A stretch of DNA of 64,000 nt from an uncultured virus (IMG/VR IMGVR_UViG_3300025769_000088) (IMGVR_UViG_3300025769_000088); one strand, 5' to 3'; positions 8,996 through 17,633 are shown, counted from the first letter of the stretch. A program made the numbers and translations. The notes: generated from the letters alone by a model not told the origin.

Positions 8996-9024
8996 ATCTT
9001 AGGGCCAGACAACACTCACGTCAA
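8996..9024 (-). promoter_or_regulatory. Sigma70-type promoter TTGACG-N17-TAAGAT, spacer ends CTGGCCC
   Basis: Direct reading. Confidence 0.8.
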
Positions 9025-9045
9025 GCAAGTTTCTAAAAATAATTC

Positions 9046-9327
9046 TCAGCCCGCACAAGTCACGTCGAGCCGCCACGTCATACCTTCTTCGGTGCCAAGG
9101 TCGCAGGCCCAGACATCGACGACGCCGTCGAGTTCAACCCACTCAATGTCAGACTCCTCGTCGAGGCTTTCGAGCATCTCGATGAGGCTCGCACGATCGC
9201 CGTAGAAATCGACCTTGACGATCTCGTTGTGAGAGATCGAACGCTCGACCGCATCGGCCAGGAGCATCTCCAGCTCCTGCTTGAGGTCATCCTGTTTTTC
9301 GTCAGTAGTTCTTGAAGTGAAGGACAT
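9046..9327 (-). CDS. Acidic hypothetical protein
   Basis: GAGGT RBS inside the 61-bp repeat. Confidence 0.7.
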   Translation of the reverse strand: MSFTSRTTDEKQDDLKQELEMLLADAVERSISHNEIVKVDFYGDRASLIEMLESLDEESDIEWVELDGVVDVWACDLGTEEGMTWRLDVTCAG

Positions 9328-9331
9328 GATT

Positions 9332-9392
9332 TACCTCTGATTGTCGGTTGTAATTTTGGAACAAAATTGCCAGCGGCAATCCGATACTTCAA
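9332..9392. repeat. 61-bp intergenic repeat, copy 2
   Basis: 58/61 identical to 7233-7293. Confidence 0.9.
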
Positions 9393-9799
9393 CTTTCTAG
9401 AAGATTGCTGAACGGCTCGTGCCCCTGGAAATCGACACCACGTCCATCGCGACCGATGTGAGAATCATCGTGCCCGGTCAGGACTCCGCCCTTGGCCACA
9501 GCAGTGGCAGGATCGCAGAGAGCGAAGACCTCGTTGTATTCGCGAACCGGGAACCAGGTCTTGACCATGACAGGTCCACCGAAGTCCTCTTCGTTGAGGA
9601 CAAACGAGTGAACGTCCCCACGACTGTCTCGTCCCGAGACGAACACACAGCGGTGACACCGGATTTTACCCAGCATCGCCACGGTGCAGCCGTTGCCCGT
9701 GAAGGACATGCCGTTGGCTGGATGGGCTGTAAGCTCCACGCCGTCACGGCTGAAGTAGATGCGGCCCGTTCCAACTTTTCCGAGTGATGCAGCTTTCAT
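9389..9799 (-). CDS. Hypothetical protein
   Basis: AGGAGATCACTACG-ATG leader after a promoter. Confidence 0.7.
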   Translation of the reverse strand: MKAASLGKVGTGRIYFSRDGVELTAHPANGMSFTGNGCTVAMLGKIRCHRCVFVSGRDSRGDVHSFVLNEEDFGGPVMVKTWFPVREYNEVFALCDPATAVAKGGVLTGHDDSHIGRDGRGVDFQGHEPFSNLLES

Positions 9800-9848
9800 C
9801 GTAGTGATCTCCTGAGGGAGTACAGTTGAACTGGTTACTTCATCGGTC

Positions 9849-9877
9849 AGCTTAGGGCCAGAACTTGAGAGTGTCAA
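9849..9877 (-). promoter_or_regulatory. Sigma70-type promoter TTGACA-N17-TAAGCT, spacer ends CTGGCCC
   Basis: Direct reading. Confidence 0.8.
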
Positions 9878-10014
9878 GCCTTTCTCTCAAACTTTTTCAT
9901 CATTACCCAGATGGCAGTTCTGGTAGGCCCGACCATGTACTCGCAGACCTGAAGAAAAAGGGCCAGATTCGAAAAGTTTTTCAAATCCGGCCCCGGAAGC
10001 AAACCCGCCGAGGA

Positions 10015-11190
10015 TCATCTCCGCAGAATCAAGTTCATCAAGCACAGAACTTTTTGTTCCTGCAAAAGATTGCAGACGTCGCTCGCCAGGATGATGTGAT
10101 GCGCGAGCCGAGAGCAGATTTCTTCCCGCACCAGCGTACCGCCGGTCACCGGATCGCATTCCTTCAGATGCCACTCCCCGTCACGATCGCACGAGAGGTA
10201 ACAATCGACGATCTCCGGGCCTGTCTCTAAAAGACGACCCTTTCCACTAAACCAGGATTGAACCTCTTCCAGCAGCCGCTCACGCAGCCTAATCATGTGC
10301 TTCCGCAGGTTCTTCTCGCAATCTTCCAGTCCGAGCTGCAGATTGTCGCCCATCAACTTCAAAACAGCATCGCCGTAGCCGTAGTCGACACCGACCAGCA
10401 ACTCTCGCAGGTACTCGTTGCCTTGCTTCTGCAGGTGCTCGGAGAGCGTGGATGGAGCAGGGGCAGGCACCTTGACCACCTTGGCACCGAAGGTCTTGAC
10501 GACGTCCGCCACAAAGTTGTTTTGACCACCAACGATCGCCGAGTGTGCAGGCACCTCTGGCTGAGGACCATTCACGAAACCCGCATCGTAATTATCGACG
10601 GTCGTCGTCTCGGACTTGTGCGTCGGTTCAACCGCCAGCTTCGCATTCTCCTGCTTCTGCCACAGGGCTACGCAGCCGAGCAGGTAGGCATAGAGCCTCG
10701 GCTCTGCGGTCTTCAGATCGATCGCTCGATCGCTCTGCAGCATCTGTAGGTGCAGTGCATCCCAGAATCCGCAGGCAGGTGCCGTGGCGGCTCCCCAGTC
10801 GAACGCAGCCATCAGATGCTTCGCCTGATGTGCTCCAGTCATCCCTGCCAGTCCATGTACGGTGCCAATGACACATTCCACCTCAAACACATCGAATCCC
10901 CCAGGCAGCTCACTGGGGACTTCTAACGGCACACGAGTCTCCGGCGGTGGCTCCGGAGAATCCTTTTCTAAATCGAGTTCTTTATCTTCCCGCATGTCCC
11001 ATTCCTCTTTCAGTGAGTCGTTGTAAGCCACGAGCACCGCAGCATCTTCGTGCTTCTCCCACGGCTCTTTGCGAATCGTGTTGATCGGACCTGGCCTGCA
11101 GAAGTTAGGAGAGACCTGCTCGCCTTTCGCGAACTCCACATAGTCATCCTCATCCACCGACAGGCAGAAGAATTTCTCAAGCCATCCCAT
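10015..11190 (-). CDS. Hypothetical protein, 391 aa
   Basis: Long ORF, GGAGG RBS. Confidence 0.75.
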   Translation of the reverse strand: MGWLEKFFCLSVDEDDYVEFAKGEQVSPNFCRPGPINTIRKEPWEKHEDAAVLVAYNDSLKEEWDMREDKELDLEKDSPEPPPETRVPLEVPSELPGGFDVFEVECVIGTVHGLAGMTGAHQAKHLMAAFDWGAATAPACGFWDALHLQMLQSDRAIDLKTAEPRLYAYLLGCVALWQKQENAKLAVEPTHKSETTTVDNYDAGFVNGPQPEVPAHSAIVGGQNNFVADVVKTFGAKVVKVPAPAPSTLSEHLQKQGNEYLRELLVGVDYGYGDAVLKLMGDNLQLGLEDCEKNLRKHMIRLRERLLEEVQSWFSGKGRLLETGPEIVDCYLSCDRDGEWHLKECDPVTGGTLVREEICSRLAHHIILASDVCNLLQEQKVLCLMNLILRR

Positions 11191-11191
11191 C

Positions 11192-11719
11192 TCACATCAC
11201 CTCCTTGAAACTGGTCAGCCGCCACTGGTCAACAGGCTTCACAACACCGTTTGACGAGCTGAATAAATGAAACGACGTAACAACCATCCGACCCCACTGA
11301 TGGCCGTTGTGCTTGTCCCTGAACGCGAGCATCTCTTTGTAGGCAGCACTCTCTCCACGCATGTCACTCGGTGCTGAGATGACCGTCATGTGTGGCGTGT
11401 AGTTGCGGTCAGGAACCTTCCCGCCTTTCCGCAGATGCGCGTTGAGAATCTTCAACTTCCCAGCCCCCTGGGCTACCGGCAGGACCAGATGAGTTGTCTG
11501 CTGATTGCGAAAGATTCGCACCCCTTCGATCGAGATTTCGAACGGTTGACAACTGTCGCCGACATCCTGAAACCGTTCGGTGTCTGGACGTTGTTTGCCC
11601 AAATGACACAGCGTGATGTGCGGCGTTCTGGGATGCTCTTCTGCGGAGATCGACTCCGCGAGTGACTTGATGATCGTTTTGAATTCTTCGCTTGCGGCGA
11701 TGCCGATGAAATAACCCAT
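11192..11719 (-). CDS. 2H phosphoesterase (LigT / 2'-5' RNA ligase-like)
   Basis: Two HxT motifs, PHITL and PHMTV, about 75 aa apart. Confidence 0.85.
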   Translation of the reverse strand: MGYFIGIAASEEFKTIIKSLAESISAEEHPRTPHITLCHLGKQRPDTERFQDVGDSCQPFEISIEGVRIFRNQQTTHLVLPVAQGAGKLKILNAHLRKGGKVPDRNYTPHMTVISAPSDMRGESAAYKEMLAFRDKHNGHQWGRMVVTSFHLFSSSNGVVKPVDQWRLTSFKEVM

Positions 11720-11774
11720 GCTGTTCCTCGTGTGGTTGTGATTTTTCTTTACAAAATTTCAAGCAGACGAACCT

Positions 11775-12383
11775 TCACCCTTTCAAAGCTTCCTGCACAT
11801 CTCGCAACTTCAACAACGCATCCTGAAACAGCGTACCGATGGACGGAACATTATCTCCTCTGGAGATGAGCTGAGTACTCGACGTAGCCGGAGTCTGCAG
11901 CTCCATAACCATCTCACGAGACGAATCCTGTTCGTACGGAATGTGCTCGTACCGACGAGAGAACTTCAGCGAGACTTCATGCTTCGCTGCCCAGCAGGCG
12001 AGGCTGTATGTCTGCTTGTCGGCAGCTCGCTGCTCGTGCACCGTGTCCTTCAGAGATTTAATCTGAGCGACCTGCTGCTTGATCAGCTTCTGATCACTCT
12101 CCGCCTTCACCTGCATGCCAACGATGTGAGATTCCAGGTCTGTGATTCGATCGGCAGCCATCTGCTCGGCAGAACGAATCGATCGCTTCGCCGCCGCCTC
12201 AGAACTGAAGACCGGATAATCAACGAGACGTTGATACGAGTAGACGTTGTCCACTCGCCAGGCGTTGCCGTCTTCGATCATGCCTTGAGGATCGATCTGC
12301 CACAGATCAGTCTGCGGCGTGATGTACTCGCCGTCTGCGGTCTTTTCGAGTTGTGAGAGAATCTCTTCGTCTGTGAATGACAT
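11775..12383 (-). CDS. Hypothetical coiled-coil protein
   Basis: AGGAACAGCCAG-ATG leader. Confidence 0.7.
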   Translation of the reverse strand: MSFTDEEILSQLEKTADGEYITPQTDLWQIDPQGMIEDGNAWRVDNVYSYQRLVDYPVFSSEAAAKRSIRSAEQMAADRITDLESHIVGMQVKAESDQKLIKQQVAQIKSLKDTVHEQRAADKQTYSLACWAAKHEVSLKFSRRYEHIPYEQDSSREMVMELQTPATSSTQLISRGDNVPSIGTLFQDALLKLRDVQEALKG

Positions 12384-12393
12384 CTGGCTGTTC

Positions 12394-12615
12394 CTATTGA
12401 TCGAGGTCTTCGAGTGATTGATCTTCGTGGAGATACTTTCCGTTGTGTCGTCGATCGACCCCCTTGGGCCGCAAGGCAGGTCGGTTCTCCCCCCTCTGAC
12501 ATTTCAGACAAACCGTTCGCCAGGTTTTGCAGTTGCAGCTGATGCAACGGCTCTCCGAAAGTTCTGGCAGACGGAAGTGATTAACGTCAGACATGTGTTC
12601 GATGACCTTTGTCAT
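12394..12615 (-). CDS. Small Cys-containing hypothetical protein
   Basis: ORF in operon. Confidence 0.5.
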   Translation of the reverse strand: MTKVIEHMSDVNHFRLPELSESRCISCNCKTWRTVCLKCQRGENRPALRPKGVDRRHNGKYLHEDQSLEDLDQ

Positions 12616-12943
12616 CCAAGTAGTAAGACGCGAGTCGCGGATGAGGGTATCCGTAGTGCTCCAGGTTCAAATCAGTGATCCATGTCGCAAGCTTCTTGAA
12701 GCCACGTTTGTTGGGAATGTCTTTCTGCGTCCGACTAAGCTCCTGGGTCCAGCAGTGCTTCTCTTTGTCGTAGCCGCTGAGCCTGGCGATCTCAACCCGC
12801 ATCAGACGGAAGTCGACCCGGTAAACTGTGCGCAGGTCTTTCTCCATGTCGTCGATGAAGATGTCCAGGTCATGGCTCGTCGCCATGAAGTGTCCCGCCT
12901 TCTGTAATAGGACCAGAATCTCGTTGTACGTCATGGTCAGCAT
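12587..12943 (-). CDS. Hypothetical protein
   Basis: GGAG RBS. Confidence 0.65.
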   Translation of the reverse strand: MLTMTYNEILVLLQKAGHFMATSHDLDIFIDDMEKDLRTVYRVDFRLMRVEIARLSGYDKEKHCWTQELSRTQKDIPNKRGFKKLATWITDLNLEHYGYPHPRLASYYLDDKGHRTHV

Positions 12944-13448
12944 CGGAATCTCCCAGCTCTAGCTCTGTCGCCAGCTCTTCTGCCGTACGCAGCACAAATG
13001 CAATGGTCGAAGGATTTAGTCGACCTTCTCCGAAGTGAATGGTTGCTGTTTTTATCGCTCTTTGAATTATTTCTGAAGGAGTTACTTTGACTAATGTCGT
13101 CTCAGAGAAAGGCTGTCTGCCAAACATCCTTTCGAATTCTTCGATTCCTCGAATCGTCCAGAAACTGTCGTAGAAAACAGCTCTCTGAGATTGAATCCAT
13201 ATCCACATTGCTTCAGGGTCATTTACGTTGGGAGCTTCTCTGTGGCACCTCTTGCAGAGCAGCACGAGATTCTCAGGAATGTCTTCTCCGCCCAAAGATT
13301 CAGGAATTATGTGGCAACGATCTAACGCTGCTTTGTACGCACATCTCCAGCAACGCTCATGTGCGTCTGTCCAATCTACGCTGACATGACACTCGTCTTT
13401 TACATGGGACCAGTGCCAAACAATGTCAAGCAGAGTCGTCTTCGGCAT
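12870..13448 (-). CDS. HNH endonuclease
   Basis: CWRC...RCHIIPESLGG.D.PENLVLLCKRCH. Confidence 0.85.
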   Translation of the reverse strand: MPKTTLLDIVWHWSHVKDECHVSVDWTDAHERCWRCAYKAALDRCHIIPESLGGEDIPENLVLLCKRCHREAPNVNDPEAMWIWIQSQRAVFYDSFWTIRGIEEFERMFGRQPFSETTLVKVTPSEIIQRAIKTATIHFGEGRLNPSTIAFVLRTAEELATELELGDSDADHDVQRDSGPITEGGTLHGDEP

Positions 13449-13890
13449 TTAGGCTTCCCAACGTCTTTCCGGTAGGAACCGCCACAGGCTCGACATCCTC
13501 TTCTGCTTCGAGCCATCCACTAACAGTCGGCAGATCGCCGTTCTGAATCTGCCTGCAAACTCTGTCGACGTACGCCGGGCTGAACTGCCACTGCCGACCC
13601 TTGGCATCCAGGTTCTTAACCCAAGAGTCCAGCTTGCGGAGTTGCGAGACAACGACCCAGTACATCTGGTCGTCGTACTCGATGGGAGCAGGCTCCTCAC
13701 CGCTCAGCTCCTGCAGCAAATCCCAGTAACGCTCGGGGGAGAAGACCATCTCACCCTTAGCGATCAGAATGGCCAGGATGTTTCGCTGCAGCTCCAGCAT
13801 CGCATCGAGAGCCTGCTTCGCCGCGCGTTGATGATTGACACGCTTTTTGATCAGCCGTTTTTTCCGCTTCTGCTTTTTTTCAAAGCTCAT
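13426..13890 (-). CDS. Hypothetical protein (start MSFEKK)
   Basis: ATGA overlap with the upstream small gene. Confidence 0.65.
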   Translation of the reverse strand: MSFEKKQKRKKRLIKKRVNHQRAAKQALDAMLELQRNILAILIAKGEMVFSPERYWDLLQELSGEEPAPIEYDDQMYWVVVSQLRKLDSWVKNLDAKGRQWQFSPAYVDRVCRQIQNGDLPTVSGWLEAEEDVEPVAVPTGKTLGSLNAEDDSA

Positions 13891-14045
13891 TTGAAAATCC
13901 TTCGATTGTTTTGTTTCTCTCGTCGTTCCCACTCTTCGCGATACACCCGATCGTTCTCTTCGAGAACCGCATTCGCTTGAGAGACAAGCAGCATGAAAAA
14001 TCCCACTGCTGCGATCAGCATTCCGCCGTAGATGAAAGCTCCCAT
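13887..14045 (-). CDS. Small membrane protein
   Basis: GAGG RBS; single hydrophobic segment followed by a charged tail. Confidence 0.6.
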   Translation of the reverse strand: MGAFIYGGMLIAAVGFFMLLVSQANAVLEENDRVYREEWERREKQNNRRIFK

Positions 14046-14103
14046 TGCATTTCCTCTGATTGTTGGAGAGTTTTTGGTACAAAAAGTTTTCAGCAATCAG
14101 AAA

Positions 14104-14544
14104 CTACAGGGAGTACGCCACGCACCCTGACTGACAACCGAGGAATCCGCACTCAGGACAGCAGGTCACCTCAGTGCCTGGGTCCGGCATCATCTTCGTC
14201 CACTGCGAGTTCTGCTCGACGACAATGAAGTCAGTGAGGTTATGCAGCTCAGTATCGAACGTGTGAACGGTGACGACTTCGCCGCCAACGACGGAAACGT
14301 CATGCGTCTTCACGAACTCGTGCAGAGTCGTGCCGGTACGATCCGGAAGCAGGTCGATAAGCACTTCCAGGCAGCACTGTGCGCGGAAGATGTCGCCTCG
14401 GTCGAGGCTGTGCAGGATTTCCTGCCGAACTTCCTTGCGGCTCGCAGTGAGCAGGAAGTTGTGAATGTTGCTTCGCAACTGTCGCTGATCCTTCGTCTGC
14501 AGCAGTGTAATTTCCGGCTGAGCGTTTTCGTTGAAAGAAACCAT
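14104..14544 (-). CDS. Hypothetical protein with C-terminal Cys cluster
   Basis: GGAG RBS before MVSFN. Confidence 0.65.
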   Translation of the reverse strand: MVSFNENAQPEITLLQTKDQRQLRSNIHNFLLTASRKEVRQEILHSLDRGDIFRAQCCLEVLIDLLPDRTGTTLHEFVKTHDVSVVGGEVVTVHTFDTELHNLTDFIVVEQNSQWTKMMPDPGTEVTCCPECGFLGCQSGCVAYSL

Positions 14545-14659
14545 CTCGAATCTCCACAGGTAAAGGCTGGTCACCAAGTTTGTTGCGTCTCTTATGATGT
14601 TGAGTGTATCGTCCATAGGGCCAGCGTCAATCCACTATCTGGTCCTATTTCAGAAAGTT

Positions 14660-15019
14660 TCAGGAATTGACTGCTCTTTTTCTGACAGGCGTCGTCAGAG
14701 CTTTTTCCAGTTCCCAACCACGATGCAGTCGCACGCTCAACACCGACCGACTCATTCCCATCTCGCGAGCCCAGGCACTCAAGGACTGCGTCCGACCGTC
14801 ATATGTGAGCAGCGTCCGAGCGTTGAAACCTTCCACTTGACGAGAGCATCCGCAGCTTTTGGTATTTCCGTGTTTCAGACACACTCCACGCACCGTGACA
14901 GCTTTCCCGCAATCACACCTGCACTTCCAATGTGTAAATGGCGATCCGTCTTTCGGAGTCGCTTCGCCGATTACTGTCAAGCTTCCGAATCGTTGGCCTT
15001 TAAGTGTTAATTTTTTCAT
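14660..15019 (-). CDS. Nuclease-less HNH-family derivative (Cys-rich module fused directly to HTH-like module)
   Basis: GQRFGSLTV...WKCRCDCG...TKSCGC then LTYDGRTQSLSAWAREMG...RL.RGW..EKALTTP; the central HNH is absent. Confidence 0.8.
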   Translation of the reverse strand: MKKLTLKGQRFGSLTVIGEATPKDGSPFTHWKCRCDCGKAVTVRGVCLKHGNTKSCGCSRQVEGFNARTLLTYDGRTQSLSAWAREMGMSRSVLSVRLHRGWELEKALTTPVRKRAVNS

Positions 15020-15147
15020 CGTGTTGCTTTCAATAATTCGACAGTCCAGTCGATGAGGATGTTTCCAATGGCAGCCAAAGCCACCAGGCCCAGGAAGGTC
15101 AGCCCTGTCAGTGAGACAGCGACCATGATCCAACTGAGATATTTCAT
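15016..15147 (-). CDS. Small membrane protein, 43 aa (MKYLSWIMVAVSLTGLTFLGLVALAAIG...), below the ORF-track cutoff
   Basis: ATGA overlap with 15019; one transmembrane segment. Confidence 0.55.
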   Translation of the reverse strand: MKYLSWIMVAVSLTGLTFLGLVALAAIGNILIDWTVELLKATR

Positions 15148-15209
15148 CACCCTGCCTTTCTAAGTCAGGAGTCCTGAGAGAACCGCCCCTGGTGACCAAC
15201 AGCCACTTT

Positions 15210-15358
15210 AGCTGCCGGACGTCGCAGGGAATCTTCCGGGTTTTCCCCGGATGTTTTATCTCGCCTTGTAGCTCCGCTCTCCGTCGAGACCGGCACCCAG
15301 CAAACAGTTTGCAACCTGCCTGCTGATCCCACTGCGAGCCCAGGTCACACCCTGGGTT
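15210..15358 (-). ncRNA. Candidate structured RNA (multibranch fold with possible pseudoknot)
   Basis: Five or six complementary segment pairs; mismatches read as G-U only on the minus strand. Confidence 0.45.
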
Positions 15359-15373
15359 AGAACTACGGCACTC

Positions 15374-15634
15374 TCAAGACTCCTGTCTCACAAATCCGAT
15401 CCCAGGAATGCACCGATACAGCATCACTCGCGGCACACCGTATCTGTCATTCCACTTGTAAAATTCCTGCATGTAAAATCTGGCAGCTTTTTCGTCTCGC
15501 CACGTCTCAATCGGTTTTCCGTCCCAGGAAAAAATCCACCACTCGTTGCCCTGATTGTCGATCGTTGTCGACTGGTTCCAGAGACGAACTTTTTTAAGCA
15601 TTGGCCCTTCGTGGGACATTCTCACAGCAGCCAC
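15374..15634 (-). CDS. Hypothetical protein (true start may be at 15601)
   Basis: ORF in operon. Confidence 0.55.
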   Translation of the reverse strand: MAAVRMSHEGPMLKKVRLWNQSTTIDNQGNEWWIFSWDGKPIETWRDEKAARFYMQEFYKWNDRYGVPRVMLYRCIPGIGFVRQES

Positions 15635-15885
15635 CTTTCTCCACAGCTCATGCAGTTTGCGAAGTCACTGTTGTCAGCAGCGACTTCGGACCCGACTTCG
15701 CTGCAGGTTGGGCAAGGTCTGTTGACATAGGTGTCCGCAGGCGGACCCTGGGCCTCAAGAAACGCTTCGAGCAGAATGCATGCGGCACGCTCCGCCTGCT
15801 TCAGTGTCATGGCATCAGGACCATGCTCGTGGATAAAGTTGTTGATCTCGCGTTTCAGCGAGGTGATCTTGTCGTCGTCCATCAC
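15622..15885 (-). CDS. Hypothetical protein with C-terminal Zn ribbon (CPTC...CMSC)
   Basis: Cys pairs; gene overlaps. Confidence 0.65.
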   Translation of the reverse strand: MMDDDKITSLKREINNFIHEHGPDAMTLKQAERAACILLEAFLEAQGPPADTYVNRPCPTCSEVGSEVAADNSDFANCMSCGERWLL

Positions 15886-16061
15886 AGTTTCCCCCGGCTT
15901 GCCTGGATTCGAATGTCATCAATCTGCTTCAACATGTCGGCACACTTCGTCAGGCTGAAGCCTGTCTGCCGCTGAATGTCCTGCGGATGCAGGAAGTCGC
16001 CGTCCGTCAGGTCGAGCACCAACTGCTTCAGGGCAGTGATCTGAATGTCTTTATCGGTCAT
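15882..16061 (-). CDS. Small hypothetical protein
   Basis: ORF in operon. Confidence 0.55.
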   Translation of the reverse strand: MTDKDIQITALKQLVLDLTDGDFLHPQDIQRQTGFSLTKCADMLKQIDDIRIQASRGKL

Positions 16062-16071
16062 TGGACTTCTT

Positions 16072-16347
16072 TCAATTATCAAACAGCTCATCGATTTCAG
16101 TAATCAGCCACTCGCGCATCTCTGCAGGCTGCATGTCGCCGAGCCGCTGTACAACATTGATTCCTCGCCAGAACAGTCGCCACTCGATCTCGTCAGTCAT
16201 CAGGACGACACGCTCCGCCTGCCAGCTCTGCACCGAGCGATAAATCTGCTTACCTTTGTGCAGAGCCATGCCTTTCGATGGCCCCGTCTCTTTCCAGAGC
16301 ACGAAGTTGTCGGCGATTTCAGAGGCTGATGTTCTTGGACGTCCCAT
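16072..16347 (-). CDS. Hypothetical protein
   Basis: GAGG RBS. Confidence 0.65.
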   Translation of the reverse strand: MGRPRTSASEIADNFVLWKETGPSKGMALHKGKQIYRSVQSWQAERVVLMTDEIEWRLFWRGINVVQRLGDMQPAEMREWLITEIDELFDN

Positions 16348-16356
16348 CTTAAATCC

Positions 16357-16809
16357 TCATTCTCCGTCGTAAGATACGCCTTGCAGTAAAGTCAGTTTTT
16401 CTTCGCCGTCATTTCCGTCTTTGGCAGCTTCGAGGTCGTCCCCCATCTGTTCGCAAGCCGCAACACGGGCTTCCAACAGCTCACCTGTTGGACCCATCTG
16501 AAGACCTTCTGGCATGTTATTGAAGGATTCGTCGGCAGCATCTCGCAACGCTTCAACGCGACTCACAAGATCGTTGATAAGGTCGTCGGCACCCTCACCT
16601 CCCAAGTCCTCCTGGGACATGTCTTCGACTTCTTCAATGATCGAATACATCTCTGAAAGAAACTCAGAACGAGTCAACTGTGAGGCTCGTGGTCGAGTTC
16701 TGCTGTAGCTCTTCGAGCTGTAGGCAAATTGCCACCAATAGTAAGGCTCGCCTTTTTTGACGGCAGGATTATCTTTACGGGCTTTTTGGACGTAGTTGAC
16801 TCGTGGCAT
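16357..16809 (-). CDS. Conserved hypothetical phage protein (KKGEPYYWW...NMPEGLQ.GPTG)
   Basis: AGGAGTCACTGCG-ATG leader; familiar phage hypothetical motif. Confidence 0.75.
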   Translation of the reverse strand: MPRVNYVQKARKDNPAVKKGEPYYWWQFAYSSKSYSRTRPRASQLTRSEFLSEMYSIIEEVEDMSQEDLGGEGADDLINDLVSRVEALRDAADESFNNMPEGLQMGPTGELLEARVAACEQMGDDLEAAKDGNDGEEKLTLLQGVSYDGE

Positions 16810-16841
16810 CGCAGTGACTCCTGGGTTAGTTGTTTCAGAAA

Positions 16842-17020
16842 GAAAAGAGCGAGCAGGGAACTCCGGGTTTCGAACCCGGTTTCCTCAAACTCTTAGCTGC
16901 CCGTTTACTTTGAGGATATCACTCAAAGTAGAAAGCCACCTTGCGTACGACTCGGTATAGCCTTCGACAGTCAGGGGGGATGCACGATGCCAAACCGTCC
17001 AGTTCCCTGCTCGCCCTTTC
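16842..17020 (-). ncRNA. About 180-nt RNA with a tRNA-like domain (acceptor-like stem plus T-arm) and a long insert
   Basis: 14-bp perfect closing stem GCGAGCAGGGAACT; T-arm CCGGG-TTCGAAA-CCCGG abutting its 3' strand; fills the intergenic gap. Confidence 0.6.
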
Positions 17021-17022
17021 CT

Positions 17023-17214
17023 CTACTTGTCGCCGAAACCGCATCGGCAACCCTTAACGCAGGTCTTGATTCCTGCTTTGTTGTTCTTCATGAATTTGAC
17101 ATGTGCCCAGTCGACACATCGCATGCAGAAGCAGTCCACACCAAACTGATCGAAAGTCTTCTGATCGATCTGATGATGCTTTCCGCAGTCAGGGCAGGTC
17201 GCGTTCTTCATCAC
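17023..17214 (-). CDS. Small Cys-rich protein
   Basis: CAACTAACCCAGGAG leader; CPDC, CMRC. Confidence 0.65.
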   Translation of the reverse strand: MMKNATCPDCGKHHQIDQKTFDQFGVDCFCMRCVDWAHVKFMKNNKAGIKTCVKGCRCGFGDK

Positions 17215-17633
17215 ATCTCTCCTGGGTTAGTTGCCGCGAAAAAGAAAAGTCACATCCTGGGGGTCTTAGGAATCCTTGCTGGCTTTTCGCCTGCCCCCTT
17301 CAGCCAATCATGATGGTCACCGCTTTCATCTCAAAGGAAGTTTCAGTCATCGCCACGAAGCAAGTGGGTTGTGTTTGTCACCGCTCCGAGTCAGTCATTG
17401 TTGCGTCTTGTATGATGTTATCGTACAAAGCATAGGGCCAGATGCAACCCATCTGGCCCTAATCGGAAAAGATTTTCAAAAGATTTATTTTACCTGTTCA
17501 TTTGTCAGTATAGTTGCGGCGGGGAAATTTTTTCTGAAGTGCTCTTCTGTCTGCGAGAAAGAACAGCAGCTTGATCGTATCACGCAGCACCATGAAAAGT
17601 ATCAGGTGCCACAGCAAAATAGGCATGTCCATG

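Noticed and set aside
16842..17020. Calling this element tmRNA (ssrA)
   Set aside because: Too short, no G3-U70 pair, and no in-frame tag ending in Ala-Ala-stop (GCAGCTAA is one base off)
17215..17430. Gap downstream of the 17433 motif pair with short repeats (GCGGTGAC x2, ATGACTGA x2)
   Set aside because: Only tiny ORFs and weak hairpins; not enough support for an sRNA or peptide call
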